Positions 1 to 11,100 of a DNA stretch of 39,640 nt are shown piece by piece; within the stretch, counting starts at the first letter, position 1, and every line of letters starts with the position of its first letter. The position numbers and the translations under genes were made by a program. The stretch lies in the NCBI GenBank assembly GCA_009602735.1, contig WELA01003208.1, forward strand, positions 21,224-60,863, in the 5' to 3' direction. A model generated the notes under the pieces. That model was not told the DNA's origin, searched no databases, and worked only from the letters and a program-made list of their open reading frames with translations. This stretch comes from Mesotaenium endlicherianum. Lineage: Eukaryota.

Positions 1-1280
1 AGGGACCACGAGATCCCAGCCTGCTATGTACCTAGTGACCACCTGGTTGACCACGGCGCAAGGTGCGCCGTTTCGTGGGAAACCCGTTAAGTTGGGACCC
101 ACGGATCTAGGTATAACGACCATATTAATTGGTCGGTTGACTGAAGTCCTAACTGTTCAGTTGACTGACGACGGCTCCGCCTACCCAGGAGTTAACCACA
201 CTGGTAGGACATCGATTTACCGAATCTCAGTCGACCTCCCGACTTTCAGTATACTTCGGTCACGTGTGCCAATCTACAAATAACAATCTAAATGAATATG
301 TCTATCCTCAGCGTACTGAAGCTAAGTATATTAACTAATATCAAGCGAGCTTACTGTATGTCAACCTACTGATATTATATCCTATATATAACTGATATAT
401 AAATCTCAGCAAACTACACTATGATACAAAAGTCATCCTGCTGACCTTTTCAACAAAGTCAGCAAACTACACTATGGTACAAAAGTCATCCTGCTGACTT
501 TTTTTTGACAAAGTAAGTAAACTCGCATTATATCGACATACATTCATTTAGATGAACTCGCACATGTGAGTATATAGACATAATACTTATTTAGTGTTAT
601 GTTTATATATGCAATTAATTAAATAAATAATGAACTGATTCATTACACTCAACCTAACAGCGTGAAATGAAAGAAGGGAAATGGGAGCGGAACTTGCTCA
701 AGAGGGAGGGAAATCAAGACTAGCGTCTCCACCAGTGTTAAGGATGAGGATAGATGGGGGAAGCGACGGAAGTGAAGAGCGATTCGAAACGACGAAGTAG
801 AGATGAAGATAATTTAGTGGAGGAATATCGACTGAGTGTACAATGGTTTTGGGATGACTTTATAGTCATCGTCGAGAACGGCAGAATGTAACGGTCGTAA
901 CAATATAAGCTATTCTAGAATGTAATGTGGCGCGTTCTACTCTAGATGTCGTTGACGGATTCACCTCTGATTGTCGTTAAAGGATTATGCTCTAGAAGAC
1001 GTTGACTAATTATACTAGAATATAACTATTACCCAAGCACGCGTAAGATCCGACATACGTGTATGATGTACTCTAAATGTGTACATACACATGACCACCA
1101 ACGACTCAAACTATGCGCATCAATGCATTTTAGGCACAGCTTGTCATGACAATTGGCAACTTCATACTAGGTCGCTAACTGCACTGGCCTGCGCCAAAAG
1201 CATGTAGCACGAGAGCTGGAAAGTACGACAACCTGATCTGACCACCGTTTTCTAGGCCAAGTGAGCGGGACAGTGTGACA
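1..1280 (-). mobile_element. Probable LTR of a Ty3/Gypsy-type (Tekay/Del-like) retrotransposon, running off the left edge of the window
   Basis: The plus strand ends ...GAGCGGGACAGTGTGACA at 1280, so the minus strand starts TGTCACAC, a typical TG...CA LTR terminus. On the minus strand this is followed by a TATA-like CTATAAA (865-859), a long pyrimidine-rich stretch (~830-665), a donor-like TTAG/GTTGAG (~656-647) and an AT-rich segment with a tandem repeat. No gag/pol coding sequence or second LTR is visible, so the family assignment is inference. Confidence 0.5.
406..513. repeat. 53-bp tandem duplication (2 copies) inside the putative LTR
   Basis: TCAGCAAACTACACTATG(A/G)TACAAAAGTCATCCTGCTGAC...ACAAAG starts at 406 and again at 459. 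Confidence 0.9.
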
Positions 1281-2179
1281 ACGTGTCGACGGGAGTGGCG
1301 TTTCCCAAGAACGACTAGCTACGACAGAGCTACGATGCGATGAGCTATCACATCAAAAGCGGAGACTCGGTTAGACACGATCGGCCACATCGGACACGAT
1401 CGGCTTGAATCGGCGACGCTCCGCTAGTCTACTCTTTCTGGGGTGCTACAATGACGGTGTGGTTTGGGGTGGTTTGGGGCCAGCCGATGGACCTAGCCGA
1501 TGGGCTTGGCGATTCCTTCCGCTCTCTTTCGTTTCTTCGGGTCAGTCGTCGAATGCACCGAAAAAGCTGAACTTCCTGGGCCTACCGGGATGCGAACGTT
1601 ACAACGACATGTTTCCGCCAATTTCCGCAGAGCAGCTTATCGACGGCGAGGGTATGGGAGCCCGGCCCAACCGCACCTATCGCGGCACTGACACACTTTA
1701 TGAACGACGCGCATTTCACTGACGAGTTTGACTAAAAAATGCACTGCCCAATGCACCCCCACCACTGCTACCACTCTCATGTCCTCTCAAGCCATCTCAA
1801 GCCCCTCAGCTTGCACTACGTTCGTCTCCTCTTGTTTGTTCTTGGGAGCTTGCCACGGCAAGGATAGTCCTTGAACCTCCGACCAGGAGAGTGTTAGCAG
1901 TGGCAGATATTTTTTGAATATTGTTCATGGTCATGCTTACTAGCCCCTCCGTGCAGCAGTCTTGGAATCATCTTTGCACTTAGGGGCCAATTTGTGCATG
2001 TTTTTCAATGGGAGACACCACCTATTGGAGCACGACAATATTGTGATCAAGTAGGTAAAGGGGAGCACATATAGGGCTGGTCTGAAGAAGGGCAGTTAGC
2101 TTAGGGTGGTGCAACTTGCTTTGCCTGGTCCAGGGAAGAAGTAGTCGTTGCTTCTTGGTCCTTTCGTCTCCAAGAAGCC

Positions 2180-5100
2180 ATGGAAAGCAATACTGGCCTT
2201 GTGGCTGGTAGTCACAATCGTCAGCAGCTCTTTGTCATCCGTCAAGATGTTGACCAGGTACGTTTTTCCGTAAAGCACATGCCTTTACTAGGAAGTAGCT
2301 ACTGATGGCAAAGCAGCGGTAAGCAGCGGGAAGAGGGAAGGAGAGAGTAAGGAATTTGGTCAAAGCAACTTTAGTGTACATGGTGCTTAAACTGTTTCTA
2401 GATTTGTGCAGGGCTTCTTACATCCGCCAAATAGCCTGCCATTAAATCCATCCATGTTGGGTCTCTACTTGATGGTTATGTATATGTCTTATACTGGTGA
2501 CGATAGTCAGGATCTTGGTCAAATGGCGTCCTTTCCCTCTAGCAGACAGGCGAGCAGTTGCACTGATACACCTTACGAGCGATGGCTGGCTGCACCTGTG
2601 TTTCAGGTCCATCGTGGCAGCAGTCCCCACACTTGCCAAATTTGTGGAGATGCTGTTGGCACCGATCATGAAGGCAACCTTTTTGTGGCCTGCAATGATT
2701 GTGGATTCCCAGCATGTCGGACTTGCTATGAGTATGAGAGAGAATTTGGGACCGGCAACTGTTACCAGTGTAAGCTGAAATACAAACGACACAAAGGTCA
2801 GTATGTTATCTATTTTTCATTGTCAAGCGTCCTTCAGTCAATTCCCACAGTTCCGGAATCTATTTGTCTGATGAGGCTGCCTCTTTGTTACTATTATCTA
2901 TCGCTCAGCTTTGATCTTGGTACTTGAATGTGGCTGCATGATGACTGAAATAGCACCTTTGGCGCATCTGATGATGGCTAGCTCAAAAGCAATGTACGTA
3001 GTAGGTCATGGCACCATCATCAGACTTTGGTGGCTGCAAATTATGGACAAGTTCCAAACTTTTTACTCGATGGTGACCCTGAAGATACTACCATGACAGC
3101 TATATATATGCAGCTTACTTCAAACATAATTGCATTGATTCCAAAGTATCAGCAGTCAAGAAACACTCTAACAATTTATGATCCTCTAGCCTCACGTCAT
3201 TCATGACATGTTACAGTTCCAGTCAACTTGAGTAACTGTTTGACCCAAAGACTTGTAGCAAGTAGTACAGACCGTTCTTGCGAAGATAATCAGGATTCTG
3301 TTTCTCATGTTGTGGCACAACTATAATTCAGCAAATTGGAACCCTACAGGGCTGAGAGACTCTGTTACATGCAAGGGCTGTCATCTGGTTGTAGAAGTAT
3401 TGGGTTCGCCTTCATTGGTTTGCCTGCAGTTTCGTTCTTGTACACAATGAAATGCTTGGTTGATGCCAGAACTCTTTTTCATTGCCAAATTGCATCAGAT
3501 GATAATTTTCTTGATACGCATGGAGCTTTTTGGTCTGCTTGCTTGAGCTGGACTGAAGCAGAATGCAAGTCGCAGTTGTTGCTGAGTTCTGGGTTATCTT
3601 GTCATCATACTCCTGGTTAGCACGCCTTCAACATGGCCTTCACTCAGTAGCCTTCCACACCTTTCACTGAAGAATACAATCTTTTTTGGCCCTCTGCAGG
3701 AAGTCCACGAGTGCCTGGGGATCCAGAGGAGGATGATGTGGTTGATTTTGAAGATGAATTCCGGTTCGCAAATATCTCACAGCCAACCACGCCTGCCCCA
3801 CTTACCATCGGAGGCCCTCAGGATCAGAATGGCTTTCCACAGAATGGCTATCCCCATCAGTACCCTGGAGGGCCTGGCCAGTACCCCCTCCTCACTAATG
3901 GTCCAGTAAGTGCTCAGCCGTCTTGAGAGCATGTCTTAGTATGAGTTGCAGTTCAGATGTGTAAATTGTGCAAGTTTTTCCAGGAGTCAGAGACAGCATG
4001 TGCCTAGAGCCTGCAGGAGCACTAGTTTGGACCAATACAAGAGTTGCTCACATAATGAGCAAGCCAGCTTTACGAAATTTGTAGTCCAATCTCCAGCTGT
4101 GACTGAGAGGCCCCCTTGTGCAGAATACACACTTATGCTTTTCATCGGTGACTCTTCTTTGTTTCCTCAGATGTCAGACACCGAGTCTCTGCTGGACGCT
4201 AACGAGCACAACAGAGTTGTGACTGTCCCCGGAGGACAATCCCCTGCGGGAACAGCAAGGGACCAGCATCATCAACAGCAGCAGGCACAGCATGGTGCTT
4301 ACTTGAATGGTGATGCCAATCATCAAGTGCCAAGTATGATCCTTTGAGCTTGCTCCTCTATCCCTCACCATGCATTTATTTGGGCCTAGTGGGTGCCAGA
4401 CGTAATCTTGATTGAAGGGGAATGGTTTGGGGCAGCCTAACATAATTTGTGTGAAAGTGAAATATCCTGGGGCTTAAAGCAGAAAGTCAATACACTTCCT
4501 GCCCTTTTACTTCCCACTAGGTGGCTCATACAACCTTTTGTGGAAGCTGTCTGAAGTAAATAATATACGCTAACAATGGGGGAAGGTCATGCTGCTTCTG
4601 AAGAATGGTGCATGGCCCTTGGTATTTCCTGTCACGAGCTATCTTGGAACTGCATGACAAGGACTACAATCGAGTCCAGTCCTTGTCTCTGCATGGCAAG
4701 GGGGCGAGCAGGGCTGTTTAGGGTATGTACGTGTTCCAGAATATATACAGAACTGGCAAGGAATGAGTCTTTAGGTCACCTGGAAACGGCAGGGTAGCTG
4801 TGAGAGACTGTATTATACAGGCCAGGAGTTCTTTTTACTCAAGGCCACGATGATAGCACACATTCTGTGCAGCCAAATTCTAGTGCCTCCTCTACGGGCA
4901 TTAGGTGCTGTCTGACTGCCAGGATTGCTGGCCTAAAATTATGGGTATGGTTGTGGACCATAAGGTTGTAACACTGTCCTTTTACTACGTCAAAAGTGGG
5001 AGTTACTGTAGGCGTTATGTTCTTCATTGTGGGCGTTGCGGTGAGGTAGCTGACTAGTGCTTGTTCCTTGTGTGGTCGTTGACTGCCTGGCTTTGAACAG

Positions 5101-8100
5101 AGTACCAGGGTCCACCGCTGGGCGTGGACGGAAGGGAGCAAGCAGAGTCGCTGGGCCATGGCAGCATTGTCTGGTCTCGCCCTGAGTTCAAGGGCAAGGT
5201 ATGTGCCTATGATCTGTTTCTTGTATTATGACTTTTATCCTAGCCGATGGGCATCCACACATCCTGGCTGACCTTAATAGTACATGGCAGTATTTGTGCC
5301 AACCTTCGTGTGGCAGGAACATTCATTCAGAAGTAACCCTGCTCAAAAGCTCACATCTTTTAGGTCTTGGTAGGAAGCCGACGAGGGTCGTTGAGAGAAA
5401 ATATGTCAGGGCATCGTGTCTGTATGGTGTTCATGCGTAAGTCGACGTTTTGGTCTTACTACTTTTGGGTGATGTGAGGAGCGCACTGGTCCAGTGGACC
5501 TGGAGCACTGCAAGGTGGCATGAAGGGATGCCACATGAGGTCAACAGCCACCAGGGGGGGATGTCTAGTTGTACAGATGAGACCATGGAGATCCATTGTG
5601 GGTGTGAACTGTCACGAGATGTACAACAAAGTGCAGCTTGTACGTGAGGGACTTGAGGCTCCTGGTGTGCTTACCATGGCTACCTCCGTGTCCGCGCCTG
5701 TCTTCCTTGTCTTTGAGTTGTTACAGCAACTGGATGCAGACATGGAAATGGTTGCGATGCAACAGAACGGAGCCCTTGCTGCAGCGGATGCGCCTCCCCC
5801 TACTCCCCCTCCTAGAGGCCCTGGCAGCCCCGAATCCGACTCTTACATGTGAGATTCTCGCCTTTATCAGCCTACCTCTACATTATCGATGTCTTGACTA
5901 GCACTCAATGGAGGAGCCGAGAATAGATCGGAGTAGGAGGGGCAGCTAGGGACTGGCTGGCTGACTGATATTGCGGCTGCATATAAGAGAAAAACACAAA
6001 TCGTGATGCCGCGAGGTTGAATGCGGATGAGGGGAAAACCATTTACGGTGTGAAGAGAAAACGTGTGAAGGGAGACACTCTTGGGACATGCATCAGGAAT
6101 GACGCATGCTGGGGCTGCATGCTGGGACTCAGGTGGGTCCTCACCTGAGGTGTGTAAGGCCCCAAGGGCTGTAGAGGAATTGTGAGACATATAGGCTTGG
6201 CGGATTTGAAATTGCAGAAGGCAAGATAATCTGTCCATGCAGTTAGGAATGTCGACTTTGAAGCAAGTGGCGTGCTTGAGAGGAAGAGATGCCCCTATAG
6301 GACTTGGCCGTAACAACCTGCCTCTTCTGTGGTGGGTCTGGCTCCTGCGTCTGTGGCCCAGACTCCTGCTTGTATGGGCCCTACGGCGTGATTCTGTAGG
6401 GTTCCTGCCTCATACCTTCTACTACTGGACCCCAACACCTGCTTCTCTTCTCTGGACCTACCATATGCTTCTGTAGAGCTTGGCTTAACTACCTGCGTCT
6501 TTGGGATTTGGGTCTGACGCCTGCTCCTAGCTCCTGGTCCCATCTTCTCCTCCGCGTGCAGGATGGACGAGGCGAGGCAGCCGCTGTCGAGGAAGGTCAA
6601 CCTGCCTTCGGCGCAGATCAATCCGTACCGGTTGATCATTCTTGCGCGCCTGGTCATCCTCGGGTTCTTCTTGCGCTACCGCGTGCTCAACCCCGTCCCT
6701 GGGGCCTACGGCCTGTGGCTCACGTCTGTCATCTGTGAGATCTGGTTTGCGGTCTCGTGGATCTTCGACCAGTTCCCCAAGTGGATGCCCATCAACCGTG
6801 AGACGTACATCAACCGGCTCTCCATGAGGTGGGCAAGCCCTGTTTCTTCGAGTCTGCCCTCCCTTGGTGCGCATGCCCCCTCTCACTACGTGTGCCATCT
6901 CTCCTTAAGCGCCCTCGTGGTGGCCCCCTGTCAATACTCCAGGTCTAGTGGCCTGCGGCCTGCGATGCTTTTTGGTCTAGTGTACACGCTGCTTGGGTCG
7001 TAGTGGGAAGGAGGGGGGGGGGGGGGAGCTTGAGCAGCTCTTTTTCTTCTTCTGAAGTTCAAAAAGCGGATATACAGCATGTGCATGCTTGAACCCACTG
7101 CGATTGCTAATCTGGGGGAGTTTCATGGTTCTTAGCGCTGCTTGCTGCTTGCTGCCCCATGCATTCTCGTGAACTGGCTGGTTGAGGTCCTCTTCCCCAG
7201 TCCCCGCTGCAAACTCAGTTCTGCACATTCAGACCCCGGTTTCATATCTGCTGCGCATTTGGTCCCCCGCTGTGATGAAGACGCACTGGCTCGCACTGAC
7301 GTCGACTTGTGAGTCGACGTGAAGTCTTTGCAATAAAATACTGCCTTCAAAGCAGAAGCCTGCAGCTCTTCATGGTGCGGCTACTACATGCTGGATGTCC
7401 CTGTGGGTGCTGGCGTCGGCCAAGTGAAGGAATGATGTTGCGTTGCGGTCGGGTTGCAAATGTGTATGTGTTATGCGAGTACTGACAGCCCGCGCTCGGT
7501 CTGCTGCTGGGCAGGTTTGAGAGAGACGGGCACTCGGCGCTGTCCAACGTCGATCTCTTTGTATCCACGGTGGACCCCGCGAAGGAGCCTCCCCTGGCCA
7601 CAGCCAACACCATCCTCAGTATCCTGGCCATGGACTATCCCGCCGAGAAGGTCTCCTGCTACCTCTCCGACGACGGCGCGGCCTACCTCACGTTTAACGC
7701 GCTCATTGAGACTGCCGAGTTTGCGAGGCGGTGGGTGCCCTTTGCCAAGAAGTACAGCATCGAGCCCCGCGCGCCCGAGTCGTACTTCAAGGAGAACATG
7801 GACTACCTGAAGGACGTGGTGGACGTCTCATTTGTGAGAGACCGCCGCGCCATGAAGGTGAGTGCGCGGCTCTTTCTGGTGCTCTTCCAGAGTTGTGATG
7901 GCACCGTCTGAAGAGTGAGCATTCTTAGAATGCCTGTGGGGCTCGTTTGTATGACATAAGGAAGAAAGTTGGGTTGCAGAGTGGCAGTTTTTGAAAAGAG
8001 GATGGTTAAGGAGCAGACCTTGGCGAGTTTGGCTCTCGTAGGTCATTGTCGACTGTAGTCATCGGGGTGCTTATGGTAGGATTGGTTTCAATATGTGCTC

Positions 8101-11100
8101 TGCTCATCCGGCCTACAGACACATAAGTCTGTCCGATTGACCACCCAACGGTTCAAACAAAATGGGGAGGGGGTCCAAGGGGGGAGGGGGGAAGCGGAGG
8201 GCAGGAGGGAAAGGGAGAGACTGGAGGGGGGTGGGAGGTGGGGAAGGGCGGCAAGCGGAGGCAAGCGGAGGGAAAGGGATCAGAGGGTGAGGAGACTTTC
8301 GTACGTTGTTGACCTTCAAGCTGTGTGGAGAAGTGTAGGAGGGACGGGATGCCATTTGATCTGATGTTACGGTACTTGTCATGGTTCGTGAGCGCAGAGG
8401 GAGTATGAGAGCTACCGGGTTCGGATGAACGCTCTCTGCAAGCGCTATGAGAAAATGCCGGAGGAGGGCTGGATCATGCCAGACGGCACCTCCTGGCCCG
8501 GGAACAACTCGCGCGACCACCCCGGCATGATCCAGGTATGGGTCCACTTGCCTCTGTCCTAGAAGCTTGTTATTGGTAAAAGGGGATATGTCTTTGCCAC
8601 AATCTTGGCTTCTCTCAGTCTCTCCTATGGCACGTCCTGCCAGCTCGGACTCTCATCTTTCTTTGGTGTGTAGGTTTCTCATGCTCGAGTCATGCGAGTC
8701 CCCCTTCAATCTGCATCACGCTCACAAAGACTATGTGCGCTGGTCCTAATTGTTCATGCTATGCAATTTGCAAGTGACATGTGATTGTTATGCAGCAGAG
8801 GTGAGGTTTAACACACAGCAGCTGCTAAGCTTGCACCTGAGGGAAGTTCTTGCACACTGCTGCTGCTGGTTTTGCACCAGAGGAGAAAACCCTGCATGCT
8901 GCAGCTGCTGAGATGGTCATCTCCTGAATGCAACAGGTGTTCCTGGGCCCAAGTGGCGGCTATGACGTCGAGGGCAACCCTCTCCCCAGGCTGGTGTACG
9001 TCTCGAGAGAGAAGAGGCCGGGCTACAACCACCACAAGAAGGCCGGCGCTATGAACGCTCTGGTAAGCATCCATTCAACTCATAGGCTGAGTTCTTTCCA
9101 CGTTGCTGGTTGGGGCATGGTTTTAGGTCTGCATTGAACTTTGGGGTTTCCTTACTCGTGTTCTATCTTTCCACTGGATGAGTAAGCTCACGCAAAAGGA
9201 CAAAGTCCACACTTTTGGCGTGCAGAATGATATGCCCTTGCTGACTACAGTGCTGTACCACGTACGTCTTGCTGCCAGTCTCCCACTCTGTGATATGTAT
9301 ACCACTCCTCCTTTGTTATACTTATCGTGCTTGGATGAGGCAATCTCAGAAAGGAGAGTATTATGTGGCACAGGGGCAGGCATTTGTTGTAGGTTGGCAG
9401 GCAGGCACGCAGCAGGCAGGACTGAGGTAAAGAGGAAGGAGGCAGAAGTGAGGTAGAGGGGAGTGAGGCAGGACTGAGGTGCATAGGACTGAGGTATTCC
9501 TTCTTCTCTTGTTTCTGTACGCGACAGGTGCGCGTGTCGGCGGTGCTGACCAACGCGCCCTTCATCCTCAACCTGGACTGCGACCACTACGTCAACAACT
9601 CGAAGGCGCTGCGGGAGGCCATGTGCTTCATGATGGACAGCGACGTGGGCAAGAAGACGTGCTACGTGCAGTTCCCCCAGCGTTTTGACGGCATCGACAC
9701 GAATGATCGATACGCCAACCACAACACCGTCTTCTTTGACGTAAGTGGTGGTGGTTGCTACCCGAAAGCGCTGGACCTTGAGGAGCCTGTGAAAGGCCCA
9801 CCGTGTGGAAGGACGATTGTTACAATCTCCATTGTGTTTCTTGGAACTGCATGTGCTGTCGACAAGCTGATGGGCCCACTTGTAGTGTCAGAGACGGGCG
9901 AGATGAATAGGACTCTGCTTGCAGGATTTTCACAGCCAGGATTATAGCGTGTGGTGTGCACAAGCAGCAGAAAGCAGGATGATGGTGCATGTCTCGATGT
10001 GCCCTAAGCTCGGAATCTCTAAGCGTCAGGTTGCTCTCGCGCTCGTGCCTGTCCTCGCACTTGTACACGTGCTGCGGTCACTTCTGTGGCGCCTGTGCAT
10101 GTGCGCATGCCCGTGCAATGAGGGAGCTTCTGTGCATGTGCGCACGCGCTTGCAACGAGCGCACATGCATGTGCGCATGCGCGTGCAACCAGCGCATGTG
10201 TGTGTGTGTGCTGATGATACTCGACAAGCGTGCTCCTTGCTGGCGTGTGTGCAGATCAACATGCGCGGCCTGGATGGGCTCCAGGGGCCCGTGTATGTGG
10301 GCACGGGTACCTGCTTCCGTCGCCAGGCTCTGTACGGCTATGCCGCACCCACCAAGAAGGACAAGAAGGCCAGCTCGCTGTGCTGCTTCCCGTGCTGCGG
10401 GGGGCGCAACAAGGAGGACAAGGAGCACAAGAAGAGCAAGGTCACCAACACCCCCGACTTCAACGTGGACGACCTTGAAGCCGGTACATCCTCGATGGTG
10501 CTGTCACGTTTTTGAGCATTGCTGCAAAGTAGCCTGAATGTTTCCTTTTGGCCTATGGATGGAGGAAGAGGGCAGCTGTGGGCATGTTGGCATTTCAGGC
10601 CATTTTTGCATGTCGTGTATGCACTTGTTGCCCTGCTATTTTGTTGTCAAAGTAGTCGCAACAGTGAACATCTTGAGTATTGCAATGAGGAGTGGGGCTT
10701 GTAAGGTGTCTTGTGTGCAAGTTGACATTCTGTGGTACGTTGACTTCTGTTGACAGGCATCTCCTCTGCCACTTTTGCAGTCTATGTTGCCCCTCTGCTT
10801 CCTTTGCCACATCAGGCGTGCTCAGGCGTAGGCGGCCTTATCCCCGTGCAACGCCGCTTTGTCTGTCTCCTGTCAACAGGTGGTGAGGGCGAGGAAGGCT
10901 CCCTGCTCGCCCTGAAGGAGTTTGAGAAGAAGTTTGGTCCCTCTCCCGTGTTCATCCTGTCGACGTTTCACGAGGAGAACGGCGGCACCACCCACACCAA
11001 CCCCGAGTCGGTGCTCAAGGAGGCCATCCACGTCATCTCGTGCGGCTACGAGATCAAGAGCGACTGGGGCAAGGAGGTAAGCGCCGCGTCCTTCGGAGCC

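Noticed and set aside
406..513. Direct repeats as a possible CRISPR-like array
   Set aside because: Only two abutting copies with no unique spacers, in eukaryotic DNA.
2406..2606. In-frame upstream extension of the Zn-finger exon (possible ATG at 2523)
   Set aside because: The canonical CesA first exon at 2180-2257 splices in phase to the acceptor at 2606, so this stretch is intron.
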